The notes under the pieces: generated by a model
Databases searched by the model: none
The model's input: only the letters and a program-made list of their open reading frames with translations
Told to the model about the DNA's origin: nothing
Program-made: the position numbers and the translations under genes
Shown: positions 1-10,354 of the stretch, piece after piece
How the letters are laid out: each line of letters starts with the position of its first letter
Numbering within the stretch: position 1 is the first letter of the stretch
Source of the DNA: a virus
Virus record (IMG/VR): IMGVR_UViG_2716884767_000001
Span: 39,510 to 103,509 of that record
DNA length: 64,000 nucleotides
Reading direction: 5' to 3' (one strand)

Positions 1-114
1 TTTTATAGTAAAAAGATGACAGAAGCTAAAAAAATTGTTTTAGAGCATAAAGGAATTAAATTAGAATATCTAGAAATAAATAATAAAAAATGTAATCGAC
101 ATGGAGTTCGATGA
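1..114 (+). CDS. partial hypothetical protein (5' truncated)
   Basis: Frame 1 open from the window edge to TGA at 112-114. Confidence 0.4.
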   Translation, partial: FYSKKMTEAKKIVLEHKGIKLEYLEINNKKCNRHGVR

Positions 115-328
115 ACAGATAGAATTAGAACATTTATTATTTTCAGAAAGGAAATGTAGAGTTTGTGGTAAGGTTAAAAATTTAGTAGAAGATTTCTATC
201 TTACGAGAAAATATAAAGGAACTCTCCCATCAGCATATTCTTATGAATGTAAGACTTGTACTGTAAAAAGAATTACAAAAAGAAGAAAAGTTAAAATTTT
301 AAAAGAAGATATATATCCAGACTGGTGA
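101..328 (+). CDS. small zinc-finger-like protein
   Basis: CRVC...CKTC cysteine pairs, basic C-terminus; upstream of tail sheath. Confidence 0.7.
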   Translation: MEFDEQIELEHLLFSERKCRVCGKVKNLVEDFYLTRKYKGTLPSAYSYECKTCTVKRITKRRKVKILKEDIYPDW

Positions 329-408
329 TGCTCACGCATTGTTTCCCCGTCGTAAATACCCTTTTTCCTAAATATTTTTAGATAAATTTGAATTACGAGG
401 AGTAAGGG

Positions 409-2583
409 ATGGCCTTAAATTTAGCATCTCCAGGTATACTAATAAGAGAAGTCGATCTCACGATTGGGAGAATTGACGGAACAACAGGTAAAGTTGGTGG
501 AATCGTGGGATCTTTTGAAAAAGGACCTGTCGGTGAACCAACTCCTATTACAGGAGAAAATGACCTGTTTGATCAGTTTGGTAAACCATACGATACAGAT
601 AAGCAATACGAAACATGGATGGTAGCATCTTCATACTTATCGTATGGAGGAAGTTTAAGTGTAATCAGAGCAGATGATACTGAATTAAAAAATGGTTTTG
701 TGGGATCTGCATCAAGTGTAAAACTGAAAAGCACTGAACACTACCAAGAATTAGGGTATCAAGAAAATGCTTTAACGACTGTAACTGTTGCTGCAAAAAA
801 TCCTGGCACATGGTCAAATGGAATTAAAGTTGCCATTATTGATAATGCAGCAGATCAAGTACTAAAAATTGATACAGTTGGTGTTGCTAGTACAATAGTA
901 GTTGGTATGGGTATAACACAAGCAGTTCCATCAGGAACAGTTATATCAGGTGCTGGTAGCACTAGTTTATTAGATGGTCATTTTAAAGGTATTGTTACTG
1001 CAAAGGGAGCAGGAACTATTGATGTTAAATTCTTAAGTCATGTTTCTGCTGGAAATACCGAAACAGCACAAGACTTTAACAGCATTTACAAATTTGGATC
1101 TGCAACAGATATATCAGTGTCTGGTAGTGGTACTACATCTGTTACTTCTGTAGTAGACTGGTTTGATCAACAAACCTATGATGTTACTACTGCTTCAGTT
1201 GGAGGAGGAACAACAATTACGACTGCTAAGTGGAATGCGGTTGCCGATAAACCAGGTACATCTGAATATGCTGCTGCTAGAGGTGGTAGATTTGATGAAG
1301 TTCATGTTTTAGTCATTGACGCAAAAGGAACTATTTCAGGAAATGCAGGAACAATTCTTGAAAAACATCTTAACCTATCAAAAGCAAAAGATGCAGAATT
1401 CTCAGTTGGATCACCATCTTACTGGAGAAAGTATCTTTACACAAACTCCGAAAACTTATTTGGTTTAAGTGGTTCAATAATTGGTGTTACAACAACTGGA
1501 TTTAGTGCAGACTTCACTAAGTTTGGTGATGGTGGATGGGATCAGGATGCAGAAGGAATTATTTTCAATAGTTGTGGAGCAACTAATTTAACATTAGCAG
1601 GTGGACTTAACTACAGTGGTATCAGTACAATTACAGAAGCAGGAGCACTTAACTCTGGTTTAGGTGATTTGATTTCAGGATACCAAACATTTGAGAATGA
1701 TACAATCAATAATGTTGATTTCTTACTTATGGGTGGTGGACATCTTGGTAAGGATAGCACAAGACAATTAGCAACAACAATGATTTCTGTTGCAGAGGTT
1801 AGACAGGATGCTGTTGCATTCATCTCACCATCAAGAGATACTATCTTATCAGATACAGATGATCAAACAGCCGTTACTGTTAAGAGTGATGAGGATATCA
1901 CCACAGGTGTTATTGAGTTTTATGACACAATTACATCATCAACCTTTGGAGTATTTGACAGTGGGTACAAATACATGTATGATAGGTTTAATGAAGTGTT
2001 CCGTTATGTTCCATTAAATGGAGACATTGCGGGAACATGTGCAAGAAACGACATTAACGATTTCCCTTGGTTCTCACCAGCAGGTACAGACAGAGGAGCA
2101 ATCTTAAATGCAGTTAAACTTCCATATAATCCAACTAAATTACAGAGAGATAAACTTTATTCAAATCGAATAAACCCAGTAATCAATTCACCTGGTGCTG
2201 GAATTATCTTATTCGGTGATAAAACTGCTTTCGCAAAGGCATCAGCATTTGATAGAATCAATGTTCGCAGATTATTCATCTACCTTGAGCAAGGTATTGC
2301 AGCTGCTGCTAAAGATCAGTTATTCGAATTCAACGATGAGATCACAAGGGCAAACTTTGTGAATATTGTCGAACCTTTCCTAAGAGATGTTCAGTCCAAG
2401 AGAGGTATTCAAGATTATGTTGTTATTTGTGATGAGACAAATAACACTGCTGCTGTTATAGATAACAATGAGTTTATAGCAGATATCTTTATCAAACCAG
2501 CAAGATCAATTAACTTCATTGGTCTTACCTTTGTCGCCACTCGAACTGGTGTATCATTCGAAGAAGTTATCGGTTCCGTTTAA
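409..2583 (+). CDS. g18: contractile tail sheath protein gp18
   Basis: N-term LASPGILIREVDLT; C-term PWFSPAG, FDRINVRRLF, KPARSINFI. Confidence 0.97.
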   Translation: MALNLASPGILIREVDLTIGRIDGTTGKVGGIVGSFEKGPVGEPTPITGENDLFDQFGKPYDTDKQYETWMVASSYLSYGGSLSVIRADDTELKNGFVGSASSVKLKSTEHYQELGYQENALTTVTVAAKNPGTWSNGIKVAIIDNAADQVLKIDTVGVASTIVVGMGITQAVPSGTVISGAGSTSLLDGHFKGIVTAKGAGTIDVKFLSHVSAGNTETAQDFNSIYKFGSATDISVSGSGTTSVTSVVDWFDQQTYDVTTASVGGGTTITTAKWNAVADKPGTSEYAAARGGRFDEVHVLVIDAKGTISGNAGTILEKHLNLSKAKDAEFSVGSPSYWRKYLYTNSENLFGLSGSIIGVTTTGFSADFTKFGDGGWDQDAEGIIFNSCGATNLTLAGGLNYSGISTITEAGALNSGLGDLISGYQTFENDTINNVDFLLMGGGHLGKDSTRQLATTMISVAEVRQDAVAFISPSRDTILSDTDDQTAVTVKSDEDITTGVIEFYDTITSSTFGVFDSGYKYMYDRFNEVFRYVPLNGDIAGTCARNDINDFPWFSPAGTDRGAILNAVKLPYNPTKLQRDKLYSNRINPVINSPGAGIILFGDKTAFAKASAFDRINVRRLFIYLEQGIAAAAKDQLFEFNDEITRANFVNIVEPFLRDVQSKRGIQDYVVICDETNNTAAVIDNNEFIADIFIKPARSINFIGLTFVATRTGVSFEEVIGSV

Positions 2584-2603
2584 TTAATTTAGAGGTTTAA
2601 GAA

Positions 2604-3197
2604 ATGCCTTCACGTCAACAAATCAACAATATTCCACTAAGGAAAATTAGTGATTTCAAAAGTAGATTGTCTGGTGGTGGTGCTAGACCGAACCTCTTTG
2701 AGGTAGAGTTAGCATTCCCAGATGCCGTTGCAATTGCAAACGATGTCTTACAGAAATCTAGATTTTTAGTCAAAGCAGCAGCACTTCCTGCTTCAACAAT
2801 TGCTCCAGTCGAAATACCATTCAGAGGTCGTATTTTAAAAGTTGCTGGAGACAGAACATTTGAAACTTGGACTATCACAGTTATCAACGATACAGATTTT
2901 GTTATCAGATCTGCGATGGAAAAATGGATGAATGTAATTAACAAACTAGAAGATGCCACAGGATTAACTGATCCAGACGAGTATCATAAAGATGCTTTTG
3001 TTCATCAGTTAGATCGTGATGGTTCAATTCTACGTTCATACAAATTCTGGGATATTTTTCCAACTAATATTTCCACAATTGATCTTAACTACGAAACAAC
3101 TGACACAATTGAACAGTTTGATGTAGAGATGCAAGTTCACTGGTGGGAAGCATTTAAAGGAACTAGCTCTCAAGCTGGTGGTGAAAATATCAGATAA
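2604..3197 (+). CDS. g19: tail tube protein gp19
   Basis: GGARPNLFEV, FRGRILKVAGDRTFETWTITV; follows g18. Confidence 0.96.
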   Translation: MPSRQQINNIPLRKISDFKSRLSGGGARPNLFEVELAFPDAVAIANDVLQKSRFLVKAAALPASTIAPVEIPFRGRILKVAGDRTFETWTITVINDTDFVIRSAMEKWMNVINKLEDATGLTDPDEYHKDAFVHQLDRDGSILRSYKFWDIFPTNISTIDLNYETTDTIEQFDVEMQVHWWEAFKGTSSQAGGENIR

Positions 3198-3224
3198 ATA
3201 ATAAAATACTAGTACAATTATAAT

Positions 3225-4886
3225 ATGGCACGGCTATTTGGGTTTTCTGTTGAAGATAACGAAAAAAAATCACAGTCGATAGTTTCACCCGTTCCTGAGA
3301 ACAATCAGGACGGGTCTGACTATTATATACAGAGTGGGTTTTATGGTTCTTACGTAGACATCGAAGGAGTATATCGTAACGAGTTTGATTTAATTAAAAG
3401 ATATAGAGAAATGGCACTTCATCCAGAGGTTGATGGTGCAATCGAAGATATTGTAAATGAAGCAATTGTAAGTGATCTATATGATTCACCAGTTGAAGTT
3501 GAATTATCTAATTTAAATGCGAGTGATAAATTAAAGAAAATAATTCGTGAAGAGTTTAAAAATATCAAAGAAATATTAGATTTTGATCGAAAGGCACATG
3601 AAATATTTCGTAACTGGTATGTTGATGGTAAATTGTGTTACCTCAAAGTTATTGATCAAAAGAGACCACAAGATGGTATTCAAGATTTAAGATATATTGA
3701 TTCACTTAAGATTAAATATATCCGTAAAGAACAGAAAAAAGATCGAAATGATTATATAAGTGTGAGAAGAAATAATGATGAAGATCCATCTACTCTCAAT
3801 CCTCAGATTGATGAATATTTTATATACACACCTGCACCAGCATATCCATCAAATCTTGCAACAGGTGGTGGTGGTAGTAAAGGAATTAAAATTGCCAAAG
3901 ATGCAATTACATATTGCACATCAGGTTTAATAGATCGAAATCGTGGAAGTGTTTTATCATATTTACATAAAGCAATTAAAGGACTCAATCAATTAAGAAT
4001 GATTGAAGATAGTCTTGTAATTTATAGATTATCAAGAGCACCAGAAAGAAGAATATTTTATATTGATGTTGGAAATCTTCCAAAGATAAAAGCAGAACAA
4101 TATCTCAAAGAGGTAATGTACCGTTACCGCAATAAGTTAACTTACAATGCACAAACTGGTGAAGTTCGTGATGATCGAAAGTTCATGTCAATGATGGAAG
4201 ACTTTTGGTTACCAAGAAGAGAAGGTGGAAGAGGAACTGAAATCACAACTCTACCTGGTGGACAAAATCTTGGTGAATTATCAGATATTGAATACTTCCA
4301 GAAAAAATTATATCGTGCACTTGCTGTTCCAGAATCACGTATAGCATCTGATGGTGGATTTAATTTAGGTCGTTCGTCCGAAATATTAAGAGATGAACTT
4401 AAGTTTGCAAAGTTTGTTGGACGTTTGAGAAAGAGATTTGCTCAGATGTTTAATGATATGTTGAAGACTCAGTTAATTCTTAAGAATATAATCACACCCG
4501 AAGATTGGGAGTCAATTCGTGAGCATATTCAATATGATTTCTTATATGATAATCAGTTTGCAGAACTCAAAGAATCTGAATTGATGAATGAAAGACTTGG
4601 AACTCTTGCAACAATTGAACCTTATATTGGTAAATACTACTCAAATGATTATGTAAGAAGAAAGGTATTACGTCAAACTGATGCAGAGATACTTGAAATC
4701 GATGAACAGATTGAACAAGAAATTAAAGATGGTATTATTCCAGATCCAAGTGCAGTTGATCCAATTACAGGTGAACCACTCGAAGGTGAAATGGGAATGA
4801 TGGGTGATGTTCCGACAGAACCAGATATTGATGGTGGCATTACTGATGCACAAGTACAGAAAGATACTAAATCGGCGGAGATATAA
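3225..4886 (+). CDS. g20: portal vertex protein gp20
   Basis: YRLSRAPERRIFYIDVGNLPK, EDFWLPRREGGRGTEITTLPGG. Confidence 0.98.
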   Translation: MARLFGFSVEDNEKKSQSIVSPVPENNQDGSDYYIQSGFYGSYVDIEGVYRNEFDLIKRYREMALHPEVDGAIEDIVNEAIVSDLYDSPVEVELSNLNASDKLKKIIREEFKNIKEILDFDRKAHEIFRNWYVDGKLCYLKVIDQKRPQDGIQDLRYIDSLKIKYIRKEQKKDRNDYISVRRNNDEDPSTLNPQIDEYFIYTPAPAYPSNLATGGGGSKGIKIAKDAITYCTSGLIDRNRGSVLSYLHKAIKGLNQLRMIEDSLVIYRLSRAPERRIFYIDVGNLPKIKAEQYLKEVMYRYRNKLTYNAQTGEVRDDRKFMSMMEDFWLPRREGGRGTEITTLPGGQNLGELSDIEYFQKKLYRALAVPESRIASDGGFNLGRSSEILRDELKFAKFVGRLRKRFAQMFNDMLKTQLILKNIITPEDWESIREHIQYDFLYDNQFAELKESELMNERLGTLATIEPYIGKYYSNDYVRRKVLRQTDAEILEIDEQIEQEIKDGIIPDPSAVDPITGEPLEGEMGMMGDVPTEPDIDGGITDAQVQKDTKSAEI

Positions 4887-4889
4887 ATA
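4882..4889 (+). promoter_or_regulatory. T4-type late promoter TATAAATA
   Basis: Exact consensus upstream of the head-assembly genes. Confidence 0.8.
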
Positions 4890-4912
4890 AAATATAACGT
4901 TATAATTAAAAT

Positions 4913-5095
4913 ATGGAAGACATTATCGATTTGATAGCAACAGATTCTGCTGCTTCTGAGGTTACTGATAAACTCAAAGACATTCTTTTTACAAAATCTG
5001 CAGAAAGAATTGAGTCTCAGAGACCAAATATTTCTGCGTCTATGTTTGATGAACCAGAAGAAGAATTATCACAAGAACCTCAAGAGGAGGAATAA
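4913..5095 (+). CDS. small acidic protein, possible prohead core component
   Basis: Acidic 60 aa between g20 and g21, the position of T4 g67/g68. Confidence 0.6.
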   Translation: MEDIIDLIATDSAASEVTDKLKDILFTKSAERIESQRPNISASMFDEPEEELSQEPQEEE

Positions 5096-5349
5096 TGAAA
5101 ATTAAAGGAACTGCTGCTGCATTATCTGGCACAACACAATTTACATCATCAACTGCTGTTTGGGTCGCAAACACTGATGCTACCACAAACAAAACAGTAA
5201 CTCTACGCAATACGGATGACGACGCTGATTTGGGCACATTGGTTGTTCCAGCAGCTGGTGGAGTTATTATTCACTTAAACGTCGGTGAAGGATTACGTGG
5301 AGTAGCCGCACTTATGGCAACTCAAGTCGATTCAAATTCAGGTAGATAA
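5095..5349 (+). CDS. hypothetical protein, possibly structural
   Basis: TAATG coupling, GGAGG RBS; Ala/Thr/Gly-rich. Confidence 0.6.
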   Translation: MKIKGTAAALSGTTQFTSSTAVWVANTDATTNKTVTLRNTDDDADLGTLVVPAAGGVIIHLNVGEGLRGVAALMATQVDSNSGR

Positions 5350-5351
5350 AA

Positions 5352-6002
5352 ATGAAACTAATCACAGAAGAAATTTCAAGCGTTAAATTTATCACCGAAG
5401 GAAAGGGTGCTAAAAAGAAGATGTATATCGAAGGTGTATTCTTGCAAGGCGATATTAAAAATCGTAATGGTAGAATGTATCCAGTATCAACTCTTGCAAA
5501 AGAAGTTGGTAGATATAATGAATCTTTTGTACAAAAAGGTCGTGCACTTGGTGAACTTGGACATCCAGATGGTCCGACTGTAAATCTAGATCGTGTTTCT
5601 CATAAGATTACATCTCTTCGTCAAGAAGGAAATAATTTTATAGGTAAGGCACAACTTCTTGATACACCAATGGGTAAGATTGCAAAGTCACTTATTGGTG
5701 AAGGTGTAACACTCGGAGTTTCCTCTCGTGGTGTTGGATCATTAAAAGAAGATCGTGATGGATGCAAAGTAGTTGGTGAAGATTTTATGTTAGCAACTGC
5801 TGCAGATATCGTTGCAGATCCTTCTGCTCCTGATGCATTTGTATCTGGAATTATGGAAGGAAAAGAGTGGGTTTGGGAAGGAGGAATTCTTCGTGAACAA
5901 CAAGCAACAATCACTAAAAAGAGAATCAATACTCTTGTAGATCAAGGTAGATTGGAAGAGCACAAACTGAATTTATTCAGTGATTTCTTATCAAATCTAT
6001 AA
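5352..6002 (+). CDS. g21: prohead protease gp21
   Basis: NRNGRMYP, ALGELGHP, GVSSRGVGS, DIVADPSAPDAFV. Confidence 0.97.
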   Translation: MKLITEEISSVKFITEGKGAKKKMYIEGVFLQGDIKNRNGRMYPVSTLAKEVGRYNESFVQKGRALGELGHPDGPTVNLDRVSHKITSLRQEGNNFIGKAQLLDTPMGKIAKSLIGEGVTLGVSSRGVGSLKEDRDGCKVVGEDFMLATAADIVADPSAPDAFVSGIMEGKEWVWEGGILREQQATITKKRINTLVDQGRLEEHKLNLFSDFLSNL

Positions 6003-6006
6003 GTTC

Positions 6007-6014
6007 TATAAATA
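6007..6014 (+). promoter_or_regulatory. late promoter TATAAATA
   Basis: Exact consensus upstream of g22. Confidence 0.8.
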
Positions 6015-6054
6015 AATATAGAAAAATCTCCGAAAAGGCAACAATTTACACAAC

Positions 6055-7179
6055 ATGGAAAACGTAGTAACCAAAGGAGCTCAACCTGCAGAACCAATGC
6101 AGAAGCTTACCACAGGTGGAACACCACCAACAGTAGAAGATCTAGGTGGTCCTACACCAGAAAACTATAAACCAGACGACGATTCAGCAAAACTCAAAGA
6201 TGCTGGTGCAATCCTTAAGCAAGTTAAAGATATTGTTAACAAAGGTGCAAAACCAGCAGAGCCTATGAAATCATCAGGCATGAAAGAGGAAGAAACAGAA
6301 ATCGAAGGTGAAGTAGTAGCAGAAGAACCTGCTGTTGCTGAAGAGGAAGAAGTTGTAGCAGAAGAACCTGTTGCATCTGAAGAATCTGAGGTTGTTGCCG
6401 AAGAGGAAGAGGTAGAAGAGGAAGAGGTTGTTACCGAAACTATCGTCAATGTTGACGAAGATATCGAGGCACTCTTAGCAGGTGAGGAATTATCTGAAGA
6501 GTTCCAAGAGAAAGCAAAAACAATCTTCGAAGCTGCTATCAAATCAAAAATCGCAGAAGTTAAATCAGAACTTCAAGAGCAATACGAAGCAACTATTGTA
6601 GAAGAAGTTACTGCTGTTAAATCAGAATTAACAGAAAGAATCGACGCATACCTTGAGTATGTTGCCGATGAATGGATGTCCGAAAATCAACTCGCAGTTG
6701 AAGCAGGACTTAAAACAGAAATGACAGAATCATTCCTTACAGGAATGAAAGGTCTATTTGAAGAACATTATGTAACAATCCCTGAAGACAAATACGATGT
6801 ACTCAATAATATGGTAGATAAACTTGATGAAATGGAAGGAAAACTCAACGAGCAAATCAATAAAAACATCGCTCTTACTAAGAGATTATCAGAATCTACT
6901 TCTGATGTAATCTTTGCAGATGTCACAGAAGGTCTTGCTGTAACACAGAAAGACAAGTTGGCAAAACTTGCAGAGAATGTTGAGTTTGATAGTGAAGACA
7001 CATACCGTGAGAAACTAGTAACATTAAGGGAGTCTTATTTCCCAACTAATGGATCTAGTGTTCAAAGAAACGAAACTGAGACATTAACAGAAGGTACAGA
7101 AACAGGTCATCAAGAACCAGCAGTCACTGGTATGATGGAATCTTATCTTCAAACTCTAAGCAGAGTTTCTAAAAAATGA
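6055..7179 (+). CDS. g22: prohead core scaffold gp22
   Basis: Glu-rich coiled coil, KAKTIFEAA, YLEYVADEWM; between g21 and g23. Confidence 0.95.
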   Translation: MENVVTKGAQPAEPMQKLTTGGTPPTVEDLGGPTPENYKPDDDSAKLKDAGAILKQVKDIVNKGAKPAEPMKSSGMKEEETEIEGEVVAEEPAVAEEEEVVAEEPVASEESEVVAEEEEVEEEEVVTETIVNVDEDIEALLAGEELSEEFQEKAKTIFEAAIKSKIAEVKSELQEQYEATIVEEVTAVKSELTERIDAYLEYVADEWMSENQLAVEAGLKTEMTESFLTGMKGLFEEHYVTIPEDKYDVLNNMVDKLDEMEGKLNEQINKNIALTKRLSESTSDVIFADVTEGLAVTQKDKLAKLAENVEFDSEDTYREKLVTLRESYFPTNGSSVQRNETETLTEGTETGHQEPAVTGMMESYLQTLSRVSKK

Positions 7180-7226
7180 TTTTTATATCATAAATTCAAA
7201 CTAAACTTTTAAAGAGGTAAATTTCA

Positions 7227-8657
7227 ATGCAAGCTCCTATTAATCACGAGCATCTGCAGAAGAAGTGGGCACCATTACTTGATTACGATGGACTAGATCC
7301 AATCAAGGATAATCATAAGAGAATGGTTACCGCACAACTTTTGGAGAACCAAGAGACAGCAATTAGAGAAGAAAGAGAGTTTCTTTCAGAAGCTGTGCCA
7401 ACAAACAGCACAGGTTCATCAGGTGCAACAGCAGGTTTCTCTGCTGGAGCAAACGCACCAGTAGCAGGTTTCGACCCTGTTCTAATCAGTTTAATCCGTC
7501 GTTCAATGCCTAACTTGGTCGCATATGACCTAGCTGGTGTTCAACCAATGACTGGACCTACTGGTTTAATTTTCGCAATGAGATCTAAGTTCAGCGGACA
7601 GTCTGGACCAGAAGCACTATTCGATGAAGCAGACACAGCGTTCTCTGCAGTTAGTGCAAGTGGTACTGCAGGAGACGTTGGTAGTGGATATGTATCAGGA
7701 TCTGACGGAGTGGCCGTTGGTTTCGGTACAACAGGTGGATCAAGTCAAGGTACAAATCCAGGCGCACTTAACCCTAATGCAGGTCAAGATGCTACTCAGT
7801 TTGCTTACAGAACTGGTCAAGGTATGGATACTGAGAACTCTGAAGCACTTGGCACAGATAGCTCACCAGCTTTCAACGAAATGGCATTCTCAATCGAGAA
7901 GGTCACCGTTACTGCGAAGTCCAGAGCACTAAAGGCAGAGTACAGTTTAGAACTTGCTCAAGACCTTAAGGCAATTCACGGTCTAAATGCTGAAGCAGAA
8001 TTAGCAAATATTCTTTCAACAGAAATACTTGCTGAAATCAACAGAGAAGTTATTAGAACTATCTACAAAACTGCTGAAACTGGTGCTGCTGTTAACACTG
8101 CACAAACAGGTGTATTTGATCTTGATATCGACTCAAACGGTAGATGGTCAGTTGAGAAGTTCAAAGGACTTATCTTCCAGATCGAAAGAGATGCAAACAG
8201 AATCGCACAGAGAACTCGTAGAGGAAAGGGTAACATGATCCTTTGTTCTGCTGACGTTGCTTCTGCATTAACAATGGCTGGTGTACTTGACTACACTCCT
8301 GCACTTAATGCAAATCTTAACGTTGATGACACAGGTAATACATTTGCTGGTGTTCTTCAAGGTAAGTACAGAGTATACATCGACCCATTCTCTGCAAACA
8401 GTGCTACAAATCAGTACTATGTTGTAGGATACAAAGGTACATCACCTTATGATGCAGGACTGTTCTATTGCCCATACGTACCACTACAGATGGTTCGTGC
8501 TGTGGGAGAGAACTCCTTCCAGCCAAAAATTGGCTTTAAGACCAGATATGGTATCGTTGCAAACCCATTTGCTCAAGGTACTACTGCAGGTCTTGGAAAA
8601 CTTGTTAAAAACTCTAACAGATACTATCAGAGAGTTACAGTTAACAACCTTATGTAA
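7227..8657 (+). CDS. g23: major capsid protein gp23
   Basis: GVQPMTGPTGLIFAMR, KSRALKAEYSLELAQDLKAIHG, FQPKIGFKTRYG. Confidence 0.98.
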   Translation: MQAPINHEHLQKKWAPLLDYDGLDPIKDNHKRMVTAQLLENQETAIREEREFLSEAVPTNSTGSSGATAGFSAGANAPVAGFDPVLISLIRRSMPNLVAYDLAGVQPMTGPTGLIFAMRSKFSGQSGPEALFDEADTAFSAVSASGTAGDVGSGYVSGSDGVAVGFGTTGGSSQGTNPGALNPNAGQDATQFAYRTGQGMDTENSEALGTDSSPAFNEMAFSIEKVTVTAKSRALKAEYSLELAQDLKAIHGLNAEAELANILSTEILAEINREVIRTIYKTAETGAAVNTAQTGVFDLDIDSNGRWSVEKFKGLIFQIERDANRIAQRTRRGKGNMILCSADVASALTMAGVLDYTPALNANLNVDDTGNTFAGVLQGKYRVYIDPFSANSATNQYYVVGYKGTSPYDAGLFYCPYVPLQMVRAVGENSFQPKIGFKTRYGIVANPFAQGTTAGLGKLVKNSNRYYQRVTVNNLM

Positions 8658-8678
8658 TTTACATATTACATACTATTC

Positions 8679-8708
8679 AAGAGATTCCTTCGGGGATCTC
8701 TTTTTTTG
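8679..8708 (+). terminator. rho-independent terminator after g23
   Basis: GAGATTCC-TTCG-GGGATCTC stem with UUCG loop, followed by a T run. Confidence 0.9.
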
Positions 8709-8710
8709 TG

Positions 8711-8718
8711 TATAAATA
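8711..8718 (+). promoter_or_regulatory. late promoter TATAAATA
   Basis: Exact consensus immediately after the terminator. Confidence 0.8.
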
Positions 8719-8723
8719 CTCAT

Positions 8724-8858
8724 ATGAAGGATAAGAAAGCAGCTAAAAAAATAATTAAAATTGCAAAATGTTGCCCAGAATATTACTCAGAAGCAGAAGT
8801 AACTTACGCAAAAATTATTAAAAAACGAATTAAGCATCTTGAAAAAGATTCTAAATAG
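8724..8858 (+). CDS. small basic hypothetical protein (44 aa, not in ORF track)
   Basis: MKDKKAAKKIIKIAKCCPEYYSEAEVTYAK...; directly after the late promoter. Confidence 0.55.
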   Translation: MKDKKAAKKIIKIAKCCPEYYSEAEVTYAKIIKKRIKHLEKDSK

Positions 8859-8869
8859 TTAAAAAACTG

Positions 8870-9118
8870 ATGAAACATTTTCGCAAATTCATGGAGGAAA
8901 TTGACTCCACTGAAAAATCAGTGGATAACAGAGCTGATGCTGCAAAAAAGAAATTTGAAATTCAAAAAATGAAAACAAAAAGTGAACTTGAATCAACTAG
9001 AGAAAAAATAAAAGATTCAGGAAAAAGATCTACATCAATGTTTAACAAACATAAATCAGTTAAATTAAATAAAAGCACAGGTCAACTACCAAGTTTTAAT
9101 AAAAAGGAGGAAAAATAA
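8870..9118 (+). CDS. basic protein with capsid-targeting-like N-terminus
   Basis: MKHFRKFMEE start; CTAAATA late-like motif at 8851-8857. Confidence 0.6.
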   Translation: MKHFRKFMEEIDSTEKSVDNRADAAKKKFEIQKMKTKSELESTREKIKDSGKRSTSMFNKHKSVKLNKSTGQLPSFNKKEEK

Positions 9119-9351
9119 TGCCTTATCATATCAAAAAAACAAGTGTTTTAGGAAATGCAGTGCCAACAAATGGTGCTGAATATTATGCTGGAGATAATAA
9201 ATGGACTAATGTCTATGAGAATCGTAAAGTATATGCAAATGAATCGGATGCAAATGCTCAAAAAGCAACGACTGTAAGTCGTACTATTGGTGATAAAACG
9301 TATACATACACACCATCTTGGTTTAAAAATAGCACAGTAGTCGAAGAATAA
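9118..9351 (+). CDS. hypothetical protein
   Basis: AAGGAGG RBS; coupled to both neighbours. Confidence 0.7.
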   Translation: MPYHIKKTSVLGNAVPTNGAEYYAGDNKWTNVYENRKVYANESDANAQKATTVSRTIGDKTYTYTPSWFKNSTVVEE

Positions 9352-9899
9352 TGGCAAGAATTTATTCCAATCAAATTGAAAATCGTAATTTTTTATCTCC
9401 AATTGGATTTAAATTTACATTATCAAAAACACCAAAGGTAACATTCTTCTCAAACTCAAGTCGTATTCCTGAGATATCTCTTGGTACAGCATTACAACCA
9501 AGTTACCTAAAAGATATTGATATACCTGGTGATAAGTTACAGTATGGTGAATTTTCTCTTCGATTCTTGGTTGATGAGAATATGGAAAACTATATGTCAA
9601 TACATAATTGGTTGACAGGACTTGGATATCCAGAAACAACAGAGCAATTTAAAAAGGCAACAACAAATGAAGATGGACAAAGAGATAGAGAAATAATTTT
9701 TAGTGATGGTAATCTACACATACTGAATAGTAATTTTAATACAACAGCAATCGTTAAGTTCTTTGATCTATTTCCAATCAGTTTATCCTCTCTCGAATTT
9801 GAAGCAACAGACACAGATGTCAATTACTTTACAGCAGATGCAATTTTTCGATATACAGTGTATAATATAGTTAAACCCGACGGAAGAACTCCTTTATGA
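9351..9899 (+). CDS. g3: tail completion/tube terminator gp3-like protein
   Basis: NFLSPIGFKF, PGDKLQYGEFSLRFLVDENMENY, FPISLSSLEF. Confidence 0.85.
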   Translation: MARIYSNQIENRNFLSPIGFKFTLSKTPKVTFFSNSSRIPEISLGTALQPSYLKDIDIPGDKLQYGEFSLRFLVDENMENYMSIHNWLTGLGYPETTEQFKKATTNEDGQRDREIIFSDGNLHILNSNFNTTAIVKFFDLFPISLSSLEFEATDTDVNYFTADAIFRYTVYNIVKPDGRTPL

Positions 9900-10327
9900 A
9901 TCTTGATGAAATTCAGGAGATGTGGGAACGTGATGCAACCATTGATCCTGATAACCTACATGATGAGTCACTAAAAATACCTCAGTTACACGCAAAGTAT
10001 TATACTGTTTATAATACCATTACTTTGATGCGCGAGAAAGCAAAAGATCAAAAAGCAAAGATTAAATTGGAAAGATATAATTACTACACAGGAAAGGCAG
10101 ATCCTAAAGTTTACGAAGAGGAACCATTTCCGTATAAGGTTAGAGAAAAGGATGCCATACAGAGGCACCTAGATGCCGATGAGAGGTTAACTAAGATAGA
10201 TTTAAAGATAAGATATTACGACACAACTCTTAAGTTTCTGGAAGAAATAATACGCATCATATCAAATCGCACTTATCAGATTAAAAATGCAATTGAGTGG
10301 CATCGTTTTCAGTCTGGATTTACATAA
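9896..10327 (+). CDS. uvsY: recombination mediator UvsY
   Basis: SLKIPQLHAKY, RTYQIKNAIEWHRFQSG. Confidence 0.92.
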   Translation: MNLDEIQEMWERDATIDPDNLHDESLKIPQLHAKYYTVYNTITLMREKAKDQKAKIKLERYNYYTGKADPKVYEEEPFPYKVREKDAIQRHLDADERLTKIDLKIRYYDTTLKFLEEIIRIISNRTYQIKNAIEWHRFQSGFT

Positions 10328-10354
10328 CTAAATAAAATCAGATGAGCATATTTT

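Noticed and set aside
6300-6440. Repeated GAAGAA / VAEE units in g22
   Set aside because: Coding low-complexity acidic region typical of scaffold proteins; not a DNA repeat array or CRISPR.
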